DNA of 64,000 nt, taken from contig CM068756.1 of assembly GCA_035084275.1 (NCBI GenBank), positions 14,942,001-15,006,000 of the forward strand. The letters are read 5' to 3'. The DNA is from Hydrolagus colliei. Taxonomy: Eukaryota. Position 1 is the first letter of the stretch. Every line of letters begins with the position of its first letter. Positions 11,230 to 22,180 of this stretch are shown here, piece after piece. Position numbers and translations under genes: made by a program. The notes under the pieces are model-generated. The model saw nothing but the letters and a program-made list of their open reading frames with translations. It did not search any database and was not told the origin of the DNA.

Positions 11230-14200
11230 ATGTTGGCGAGTGTTGTGTTTCAGTGTCTGTCTCTCACAGTGTGGATCATTTCTAAAGGTTTGTGACTATT
11301 CATTAGCCCAGTGATCTCAAACACAAAGTGTGTGTCTCTGTCACAGTATTTTGTTTCAAAACAATGTTTGAATTTATTTCTGACAGTTGCTGACGGTACA
11401 TTGATCACAGTAACACAACAACCCGAACAGATCACTGTCAACAGAGGTGAAAATGTGATATTCTACTGCACCATCTCTAGCACAGCGAACGTGAAACTAT
11501 ACTGGTGGAAACAGGGAGAGAGTGAATACATGGTATTGGATCACAAGAAAACATTTGAAGACGACCTTTCTGGAAGGGCCTTCTTCAGTCTCCAGGATGC
11601 AGGTCCTCAGGACTCTGGGATCTATTACTGTTCAGTGGTATTGAAGGGAAATAAAACAATAAATGGAACCGGATCACATTTAACTGTATGTGGTAAGTGA
11701 CATGATAAGGAAGAGATAGTAACTATTAAAGTTACTCAAACTATAACTTACTACCCATATAAGGCCTCTCACTGTTGATAGAGAATCTTCAAGGGCTTTA
11801 TAAAGCCTGAGGATTAGCCAGAGTTCAGACCCAGCTGGGAGGAGAGAGTGGCCGAAAGGAAGGTTAAAGAGACATGTCATCAGGCGGGGTTCGATAGGAG
11901 AGAAGGAAGATAAGAACGATGAATCCTTGTCCTCACCTTTAAAGTCCTCCATGCCCCATCTCTGCGACCTCCTGACCCCCTTCCAACCCACCCACTCCCT
12001 CTGCTCAGTGGACACTGGCCTGCTCCTTTTGTGCCGACCCACCCCACTATTGGTGGGCAAACCTCCAGCCACTCTGCCCCCAACCTCTAGAATTGCATTC
12101 TGGAATGGCCAAATGTGTCCGCAGTTTTCCAGGACATTGCTGATAATAAGAATAATAAGAATGATCCTTAAATTTGATGTAGAGGGTTTCACGTTTTTAT
12201 TTAGAGGTCTCAAGATGCTTCTCAGAATCTACTATCTTGGGCAAGTTTCCTTGCTCCACACACCTGATAATAATCCCTCCAAAAAAAACCACAATAATAA
12301 AATTGGTCATTTTAATCCACGACTGTGTGTGGGACACTGCTGTGTGCAATTGGCTGCCGCGATTCGCCAACAAATATATACAGTCAATTCACTTTGCAGT
12401 GTATTCTGTGAAGCGCTTTGGGACGTTGATAAGATGTGGAAAACGCTGCATCAAATGCAAGGATTATTATTATTATTATTACTATAAAGTGAATTGACTG
12501 CATATACTCAATGTGGACAAAAATAGCAATATGCAATTGTACAAAGCAGTGTCGCACAATCAGTCAAGAATTGAATTGGCTTTTATTACTGTCTGACAGG
12601 AGATTATTATTTTCTTTTGAGGGATTATTATTAGGTGTGTGGAGTAAGGAAACTTGCCCAAAATTTCCCTGCCTGGAATTGAACCCAGGTCTCTCGCTTC
12701 TAAGGTGAGTGATCCAGTCACTGAGCTACAGGATTCCTGATGACAACACAGTCAGCCTGGTTCAGCGGCAGGACCTGGAAAAGTCGAATAGTGACTGGGG
12801 CGGGGATTCATCCCACTGTTAATCCCACATTTCCAAGCTGTAACGTAGCAGGACAAGCAATGGGAAACTTTGCCAGACAGCAATATCAATGGGAAACTAT
12901 GCGGCTTTAGCTGGTTAGACTCCAGGCCTGTTTGTGATCTCCTTCCAATACTTAAATACAAGTTCTTCATTGTTAAAGTTCATTTTTTGTGTCTTCTGTA
13001 AAATGGAAATTGTGTCGTTTACACCAGAACCCAGTTTATATATAAACCTTTATACGTTAGTGGGAACTGACATGAACAATCACCCTGGTGAGATTTGTTA
13101 TTCACTTGATAGTTATAGAGATATATTTCTGTGCACAAATTGCCTGCCCTTCCTTTACAAATACAGCCAATACTCTTCATAGTATGTCCTGCAAAGCGAT
13201 TTGTGATGTGTTTTTATTTTAGCAAATCTTTTTATTCCAGTGCCACCAATTCCACTGAATATTGCAGCCAAATCTCCTCCAAGAGATTCATCTGTGTTTC
13301 TGACGCTCGTTTGTGAAACGGCCGCGTTTTACCCGGAGAATCTCACCTTCATATGGTCTAAAAACGGCACCGAAATTACAACCGGGATAATCAGCACTGA
13401 ATGGCAGAACCCGGAGGGATTGTATGAAGCTTCCAGCTCAGTGGAGGAGACACAGCCTGTCCGGAATGGGACAGTTTATACCTGTCAGGTGTCTCACCTC
13501 AGCCTCCAGACTCCAGCAATTGGCAACTACACGGTTCAGCTTCCACATCAAGGAAGGAATTTTAGTTTCAGTGGTAATTATCATTAACTGTCTTTCACCC
13601 GAATATTTCCTTCTTTTAATTCACATAAAGAATGATAGCTTTATTTCTCAAACGAATTTGCTTCATGTGAAATATAAATCAATTTTACTTTTTTAATGGA
13701 GAATATTTGAATTATTCTGACTGCAAGATAATATCACTTTCCCTTGAACATATTAACAATTCGGATTTCAAACGTGTAATTTCGTATACCAGTATATTGA
13801 AAGCCAACAACAATACAAACAAAATTACATGTATTGAGCACCTTTCACGTCGGGAAGACGTCCCATGGCGCTGAACAGTCAGGTCGGGACCCGAACAAGT
13901 GAGAGGGGCAGGGTAGGGAAGAGGGTCAGGAAACAATGAGGATGGGAGGGAGAGAGTTGGGAAGGCAGCAGAAGGCACGGGCGAAGAGGAGGTCTTTCGA
14001 CCGGCTTTGAAGGAGGTGAGGGAGGGAGAGAGGCGATGGGACTGTGGGATGGAGTTCCAGAGTGTGGGGGCAGAGAGGCTGATAGTCTATCCACCAATGG
14101 TCTGGTGGGTCAGTCGGAGTATATGGAGCAGACTGGAGAACGCTAAATGGAATGGGTGTGGAAGTACATAGCACGATTACTGGTAGGAGAAGACGGGGGT

Positions 14201-17200
14201 ACCATGCCATGAATGACCTTGAAAGTGAGGATGAGGATGTTGAATTCGATCCTCTGGTGGACAGGAGCTAATGCACCAAGGCGAGGGTGGGAGTGATGTG
14301 TTCATAGAGCTTGGTGCGGGTGAGGACATGAACTGCAAAGTTCTGGATGATCTGCAGCTTGTGAAGGGAAGAACCAGGAAGGCCAATGAGGAGGGAGTTT
14401 CCATATCAAGCCTTGATGTATGGCACGTGAATTTATATTGTATTAGTAAATTGTGACTTCTTAGAATCATAGAATATTACAACACAAAAGGAGGCCATTT
14501 GCCCCATTGAGTCTGTGCTGGCTCTTTGAAACGAGCAATTTAATCCTACTCCCCAGCTCTCTCCCCATAACCGTGCAAACCCATCGTCCCCAAATAAATG
14601 TCCACCTCTCTTTTAAAAGTTGTTATCGAATCGGCTTCCACCACTTTTTCAGGCAATGCATTCCAGATTCAAGCAACTCGCTGAGTGAAAACATTTCTCC
14701 TCACCTCCCCTCTGCTTCTTTTTGAAACTATTTTAAATCTGTGACCACAAGTCACTGATACATCCAACAGTAGAAACCGTTTTTCCCTGTTTACTCTGTC
14801 GAATTCCCTCAAGATCTTAAAAACCTCTATTAGGTCTTCTTGTAACCTTCTCTGCTCCAATGAGAATAAACCTAGCCTCTCTAGCCTTTCCTCATAACTG
14901 AAGTCCCTTCATTACTGGTACCATCCTCGTAAATCTCCTCTGCACCATTTCCAATGCCTTAACATCCTTCCTAAAGTGTGTGACCAGAATTGAACTCAGT
15001 GCTCTAGCTGAGGCCTAACCAAAGTTTTATAGAGTTTAGTCAGAACTTCCTGACTTTTGTATTCTATGCCCCAATTTGTAAAACCTAGTATCCCGTATGC
15101 TTGTTTTTTAACAGTTGCTACATGTCACCACTATTTCATCTCACGATCCGTCTTCAATAGCTTTATGTTAACAAAAATTATAAATTTCAGGAATTGTCAA
15201 TTATTCATTTGTTTGAAGTTCATTGGTTCCCCTGGAGCTGCAGATGAGTCTGGATGATAACGCTGCCCATTCCACAGGGCATTGGAGCACTTTGACCTGT
15301 GCCTGGACTGACAATCTTTTAGTAGATGTCTCTAACTACAGCGATCTCCCGAAAAAATAACTAAGATACCTACCACCGATTCCTCTAACCGATAATAAAT
15401 ATAGGTGTATTCACATAAAATATGAAATTAAAAACAATTTGTAATAGTTTCCTACGAAGCACTTTGAGACATCTGCTTGCTGTAATAAGGTGCTAAACCA
15501 AACACAATAATTATTATTTATTATTATTGCCAAGAGGTTTCATTATCTACAGTTGTCTCTCTACAAAATAATTAATTTACTCTTGCATCTCCTTACTGTT
15601 TAGTAAAAGTAATAGAATACCTTTTAAATGGTCAAACATCACCCAATGGCAAAACAGGAAACAAGTCACATGAACATCATGGTTTCCAACTTTTATGCAT
15701 TGTTCTTAACTGGAAAAATATGATATCCTAACTTTTTCTGACAAATTGTTCAATTATTTAAATTGTAAATCATTAGATCACAATGCGCAGATTTCTCTCT
15801 GCTGGTGTCCAGGCCAACAATGCTCGAAATCAAATTGTTGGCTCACTCTATCATTGAGGAGAAATTGGCTGCCGTTTTCACCCACAAATGCACAATCACA
15901 ACATTTTACAGTACGTCATATGAAGTATTTTGAGACGCTTTGACGACGTGATAAGATTTTACATCAATTATGTCATATAATGGATCATTATATTATAATT
16001 ATGATCTTATCTATAATAGGAAATCAGCTGCTCTATTCATTGCTGATCACTGTATCTGCAGTGGGACTGGCTTTTTTGGTTCTTTTGATGTACATTGGAA
16101 AGCGATCAATGTCAAAGAAAATGAAAGGTAAGAGTCAAATGATTTAGTTCTGGTTGGTGCTTGATTTTAGTACAGTGTAAGTGTGAAAGTACTGTAGCCC
16201 TCCAGACAGAGTTTTTCTGTTCGAAAAGGCTGACCCTTAATTTTAAAACTGTGACCCCTGGTTATAGATTCTCCTACCGGGGAAACAGTCCCTCAGTGCC
16301 TACTTTATCTAGCCCTTTAAGAATCTTATGTGTTTCAATAAGATCGCTCCTAATTCTTCTGTACTGTAGAGAATACAGCCCTACATTCAGTTTTTTTCAA
16401 CACTGAAGATTCAATACAAATTTCAGTTATTATATTTCATTCCTTTTAGGGGTACAGAGGAATCAGAATGATTTGAGCCAGCATAGCCAGCAGGTAATAT
16501 GCACACCTATATGTTATTTATAATGATATGAGGATGTTTTCAACATATTTCTTACATGATTGTCCATTTCACTTTGTCATTCAAATTGTGTTCACACCAA
16601 TATGAGGCACCAAAGCAATGCAAGCAACATAAAATACAAGTGAAAAGTTAAGTGTTGCAGTTTGTGATAATAATAATAATAATCTTTGCATTTGATATAG
16701 CGCTTTGCACATCTAATCGACATCTCAAAGCACTTCACAGAATATATGGTAACGTGAATTCATTGTATATTTGTGAGCAAAATGTGGCAGCCAATTTGCA
16801 CAACAGTGTCCCACAAACAGTCGTGGATAGAAATGAACCATTTGTATTATTGTATGTGTTTTGGGACAGATTATTAATAGGTGTAAGAAAATATAGGCAA
16901 TGCAAGCAGGAGATGATGAAATGGTGACTTATATCTCATTGAATTTGAAAACTTCCAATAAACTTTCAACACCTAAATATTAGATACAATAGTTTACACA
17001 TGAAAAACACAACATAATAGTGCATCTGAATAACTTAAAATTGATACATACAATAATATGATTCTGACTGTAATAAATAGAGTGATGCTCATGTGTTCTG
17101 TTGAGAGAACATCACTTCAGGGAGGATGTTGAAAACTTCAATGAAGATTTCCAAGAATAATTTGAGCAGACAGGACAAGTCTGTTTACATTGGAGCAAAG

Positions 17201-20140
17201 AAGGTTGAGATGATTTGATGAAGGTGTACAAAATTGGGAATGATTTTGTTAGGGTGTGAAGAAAGAAGCTATACCCATTATTAAGGGGGTCAGCAAATAG
17301 AGGACATGTATAAAATATGTCATCTGTATAAGAGCGCCTTTCATGTCTGGAGGATGTGATTGTCTAAAGAAGAGTGAAAGGAAACTTTACCAGATTTTTT
17401 CATGCAAGTAGTTGTTTTGGTAAGGTGCTCGAAGCAGAGTCTATGGGAGTTTCAAGAGGGAAGTCGATCGGGACATAAAATATATGCTTTACCGGTCCTC
17501 TAATCTGATAAACAAAAAACAAAAATTATCGACTGAAATGAACAGTTAGATCAGGACCCTGCTGAATTGAGGGAACGGGCAAGCTGATAGGGAGACAGCA
17601 GATCGGAGAGATAGGCGAGGGCAAGGCCGTGAATGTCCTTGAAAGTGAGGATAAGGATCTTAAATTCAAGAGGACAGCGACGAGATATTCCAACTGCTGT
17701 TTTTTATGCATGAACCTAAACGGTAAGAGCAGCAGACTAGACTCCTCGCTAGACATGACAACTGAATGGAATCTGTCTCACGCATCGATTTCCTGTAGAC
17801 AATTGTTGAATCGATCACTACCTGAGAGTTGCCCACTCCCATTCCAGAGAAGGAACTTTTAAATCATTTCCTATGCTTTCTAGACGACCCTAGGAGGCAG
17901 CTGGGTACATGTGGTTTCTTTATTGATGGGTTTGAGCACATGTCTTTACAATTGAGCTGCAGGAGGAACCATGCTGAAGATTTCAATGGATTTCTTTTAA
18001 CTGTGCTTCAATTTCAACATAAAGACTCAAATAATTAATCTCCAATTTCTTGGCTTTTATAGATCAGGCACACGACAGAAGATAATAATCAGGTATATGC
18101 TACTTTGGAGTTTTCAGGCCTGGAGAAAGTAGGAAAACCTAAAAGAAGCGAAGCGAATACAATGTATGCTACAGTGCAGGTGAGAAACTGGAAAGTTATT
18201 GGAGGCCATTTAAAGGGAACCAGAATCAATTAAATTGATGTTTGTTGTTACCTGTGAGATGATTATTAGCACAAAGTAAATGGAGGTTCCCTACGATATA
18301 AAACAATGTGTAAAGTAGTCCCGTGGATGATATCCAACCACCCAACCCCTGCACCTACTCACACAAACATAGTAATGGATATGGAGTTCAATAACAAGTG
18401 TCTCTGTATCAATCATGCATTGAACCAGGTCCTTTTCTAATGCTTATGGCACTGATCATTTGGCATTATCAATTGAGATATGGGAAAAACCAAGGTGGGA
18501 AGTCATATCGGTATTTTCACTGATGTTTCTGTTTTTTTTGCATTGAGATTGAACCAACTAAATTACTAACACAATAATTGTCTCTTTTCAATTCAAGATT
18601 CTGGTCCTCACCATTGTAGCCCTCCATGGGCTTGCCCCACCCTATATCTGTGACCTCTTCTCCCCCTACCAATCTGTCCACTTCTTCCACTCAGTGGACT
18701 CCAACCTGCTCCATCTCCCCCGATCCCTCTGTCCCACAACCCCCCACAACCTCTGGAATTTCATCCTGCAATCTCTCCATCTTGCCCATTTCCTCGTCTG
18801 CTTCAATTCCTGCCTCAAATCCCTCCTTTTTGATGGTGCCATTCATCAGCCCCAATACTCCCTTCCCTTCCCTCCACTCCCAAATCCTGACCCCAGCTGG
18901 GGTCTGATATGCTAAATGTCCAGTACCTTGGGATGTCCTCCCAATGTGAAAGGCGCTATGGAAATGTAATTTTGTTTTTATTGTTTTACAGACCAAGCAA
19001 GGGGCACATGGTAACAACCTAACATATGCTGCTGTTGATTTTTCTGACTCCAAGAGAACACAAAAACATAACCGCAGTGACACAAATGTAGTGTATGCCG
19101 AGATACAGGTGAGAAAGAACAGCAGAGACTTTTTAAGAATATATTGGTTATACTCTCTGTCATATCAACTGTATGCATTAACACCAATGCTGTCCTGCTA
19201 AGTGTATCACCATTATTCCCAGATGAAACTGAAGATCAACAATTATAGAATCGTGCCAGAGGGAAATAGACCATTCCTCCCAATACAAGAACATTAGATT
19301 AAGGACCAGGAGTAGGCCATTCGGCCTATTGAACCAAACCCACCATTCAATAAGATCATGGCTGATCTTCTAATATAACTCCACCAGCCCATTTTATCCC
19401 CATATCCCCATATCCTTCAATCCCTTTATCCAAATTAAATCTATCAATTTCATTCTTCAATATGTTCAAGGACTGAGTATCTACAACCTTTTGGAGTAAC
19501 AAATTCCACAAATTCACGACCCTCTAAGTGAAGAAGTTTTTCCTCATCTTTGTGCAAAAAGGCTGACCCCTAATCTAAGACTGTGACCCCCTAGTTATAG
19601 TTTCTCCAACCAAGGGAAATAGTCTCCCACTGTCTATTCTGCAAGCTGCACTAATGTGTTTTCCACATCTATTATCCCAATCTAAAATTTCCATTGGCTC
19701 TTCAATCCATTCAGTTTTTACCACTTTAAGAATCTGTCCTTTTCTTTGTTTGCAGAAAATTTGACCTTGTTGCCCATCCTTTACGTTATAGAATTTGTGA
19801 TGATCTTAAATATGTGCCCTCCAATAACTGACAAGCTGTATTTTGCTACATACATCCAAGTAAATCTAGTTCTCCTGCTTGCTTCCCAACCACATGCCTT
19901 GACATTTACCGCGAACTATAACTAGGAAAATATCAGTAGTTTATCAAAGTTGGACAAAGCGATAAGATAATAATTTTTTTTCAAACATTGAGTTTACAGG
20001 CCGAGCAAGAGGCAGCCGCTAACAAGCTGACATACGCTGCTTTTGAATTTTCGGCCTCGAAGAAAACAGTAAAACCTAAAGACAGTGACAAGAATACAGA
20101 GTATGCGAAAGTACAGGTGAACAACAGAAAGGAGCAATAG
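11230..20140 (+). CDS. Gene I1: inhibitory VJ-C1-TM Ig-superfamily receptor (SIRP-like), about 407 aa
   Basis: join(11230..11287,11387..11692,13241..13573,16020..16127,16450..16493,18063..18179,18992..19108,20000..20140) = 1224 nt, open frame, GT-AG introns with matching phases (1,1,1,1,0,0,0). Leader MLASVVFQCLSLTVWIISK; V with C-W-YYC and NGTGSHLTV; C1 with LVC/FYP/W/YTCQVSH; uncharged TM LLYSLLITVSAVGLAFLVLLMYI; six Tyr motifs. The model needs the downstream C1 donor at 13574. Confidence 0.85.
11387..11692 (+). CDS. I1 VJ-type Ig V exon
   Basis: ORF 11311..11700; TVTQQP, FYC, YWWKQ, DSGIYYC, NGTGSHLTV; ttctgacag acceptor and G|gtaagt donor. Confidence 0.95.
12195..12735. mobile_element. 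Two SINE copies in the V-C1 intron (plus about 12195-12487, minus about 12560-12735); paralogs about 31145-31695
   Basis: Same family body and (TTA)n tail. Confidence 0.8.
13241..13573 (+). CDS. I1 Ig C1-set exon
   Basis: ORF 13240..13587; LTLVCETAAFYPENLTFIWSKNG...YEASS...YTCQVSH. The 5' boundary is firm; the 3' boundary is inferred because the usual donor reads GA. Confidence 0.9.
13810..14430 (-). mobile_element. L2 3' fragment in the C1-TM intron (orthologous copy about 32980-33595)
   Basis: (AAC)n tail and RT C-terminal remnant. Confidence 0.75.
14460..15130 (-). mobile_element. CR1 LINE 3' fragment
   Basis: ORF 14669..14860 RRLQEDLIEVFKIL...GHRFKI...RRNVFTQRV, typical CR1 ORF2 end; ATTCT-type tail. 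Confidence 0.8.
16020..16127 (+). CDS. I1 transmembrane exon, uncharged TM followed by a basic stop-transfer segment
   Basis: (G)NQLLYSLLITVSAVGLAFLVLLMYIGKRSMSKKMK; 108 nt, phase 1-1, aatag acceptor and G|gtaag donor. Confidence 0.9.
16667..16885 (-). mobile_element. SINE inserted at the acceptor of I1 exon 0
   Basis: (TAA)n tail then family body; absent at the paralogous site 41140-41154. Confidence 0.8.
16897..16983 (+). pseudogene. Disabled ITIM exon 0 of I1 (AMQAGDDEMVTYISLNLKTSNKLSTPKY*)
   Basis: Homologous to the intact exon 41155-41265; in-frame TAG where the paralog has CAG; a SINE sits immediately upstream in the acceptor region. Confidence 0.7.
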
Positions 20141-21058
20141 AATCTATCACAACTGAACAGGATACACACAATGTTACAATAATAGGTGAGGATGCTCATT
20201 AGAGTGCAGTAAACCCATAATAATAAGACTAATCATGATTACCTATAAATTTGATATAGCGCTGTACATGTCTTCTAGACATCTCAAAGTGCTTCACATA
20301 AAATAATGTAAAGTAAATTGACTTTCTATTTGTTGGCAAAACACAGCACCCAATTGCACACAGTAGTGCCACAAACAGTCGTGGATTAAAGTGACCACAT
20401 TATTATTGAATTTGTTTTGCGTGGCATTATTATTAGATGTGCGGATAAAGGAAATTTACGCAAGGTTTCACCCTGCCTGAAATCGAACTGAGGTCTCTCA
20501 CTTGTAAGTCGAGCGCTCCAACCACCCTAGACAAGACTCTAATCTCTCTCTCGTTCTCTCTGTCACTCTCTCTATCTGTCTCTTGATTTCTCTCAGTCTT
20601 TCTCTCTTTCTCCCTCAGACTCTCTCTCAGTCTCTCGCTCCCTCTTGTGTGAAGCTATTTGAGACATCTAGAAGACATGAAAAGGACTATATCAAATGCA
20701 AATTAGTAGTAAAAACAATGTTAATCATTCCATGCAATGTGGAGTAATGCCCAAGTTGTAAATTGATTCCATATGTTAAACACAACTATAGTTATTTGTG
20801 ATCTTTAAATATTTTATGTGGTTCCTTTGAGAAAAGTTGCCTGGTTACATTTATTTCCAGTTTTACGTGCTGATCAGTGATGACTTATATTTATCTGATA
20901 ATATCTTTGGACCCAACTCGTGAATTCTTTAATTAAGAAATAATTATGTATACCACAAGCCTCACAAACATAAACTGTATTCAATTTAAACGGTTTACTG
21001 TATTGTGTATAATCAGCTTTTTCAAAGTCATACCATATCATGTTTTAAGAAATTTTCC

Positions 21059-21064
21059 AATAAA
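21059..21064 (+). terminator. Candidate poly(A) signal of I1
   Basis: AATAAA about 920 nt after the stop; the same site exists in the I0 copy near 3029. Confidence 0.3.
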
Positions 21065-21530
21065 GATCAATTCTGAAGCATAACTTGTGTGTTGTCTCAT
21101 TTCATCACGTTGTTTTTTTTCAATATTCACCAAATGTGATATGATTTCTCTTGAAATCTGCTTAATAAAATATTGAATTAGTTAAAAACAGCTCAATTCA
21201 TACTCCAGTGGTGAAAAGGTTGAAGTGTCGGTGTTCTTCTTGTGAATTATCTGCTAAAATGTGCCTAACAGGAAGTAATTGGGTTTTCTTACCAGTTGTT
21301 TCTTGTGGTTGATGATACTGACACTAAATGTTTCCTGTTTAAATCTCACACTCACTCTCTGCTGAATACAGAGCGTGGTTTTATGTACTTTTATCCACCA
21401 TAGGCAGTTTTGCAATATTCTGTAGGAGCAAGGCGGCTGTAACTAACAGTTCTGAATTCTACCCATTGGCAGTCTTTAAACCTAGCTATTTTTATAATGT
21501 AAGATTACTGTCAATTAAAATGTGTAGACA

Positions 21531-22180
21531 ACAACAACAACAAATTGCACTTATAAAGCGCCTTTCACGTCGGGAGGACGTCCCAAGGCGCTGCACAGGA
21601 GGCGTGTGACCCGAGCTGGGAGGGGAGTGTACGGGGAGGGGTGAAACACGTAGGGGAGGTCGAAAAAATTCTGGGTGGAACAAAAGGAATGGTCAAAGAG
21701 GAAAGTCTTCAAACCGGCCTTGAAAGAGGAAAGGCAAGAAACAAGGCGGAGGGATTGAGGGATGGCATTCCATAGGGTGGGAGCAGAAAAACTGAAGGTC
21801 CGGCCTCCGATGGTGGGGCGGTTCGGGCGGGGGGCTTGGAGCAGGCCACGTCCTGCTGAACGGAGGTTCCGGGTCGGCTTGTAGGGGGAGAGTAAATTGG
21901 TTATGTAGGGCGAGGCAAGGCCATGTAAGGCCTTGAAGGTGAGGACGAGGATCTTGAATTCGATCCTCTGGAGGATGGGGAGCCAGTGGAGACGGGCGAG
22001 GGTGTGGGTTATGTGGTCACGAAGGTGGGTGCGGGATAATACATGGGCTGCAGAGTTTTGGATGACCTGCAGCCTATGAATGGAGGAGCTGGGGAGGCCG
22101 ACGAGGAGAGAGTTTCCGTAGTCCAGCCTTGAGGTGATGTATGCGTGCACGAGTGTTTCGGCAGCGTGGGGGGTAAGACA
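21531..22180 (-). mobile_element. Young 5'-truncated L2-clade LINE (RT C-terminus plus 3' tail), absent from the first duplicate copy
   Basis: ORF 21551..22150 (SRLDYGNSLL...RLHWLPI...RIEFKIL); (AAC)n tail; flanked by AATTAAAATGTGTAGACA at 21513-21530 and 22184-22201. Confidence 0.9.

Noticed and set aside
21551-22150. 199-aa ORF (and the 184-aa ORF at 26276-26830) as host genes
   Set aside because: Both are C-terminal fragments of L2 reverse transcriptase within 5'-truncated insertions.
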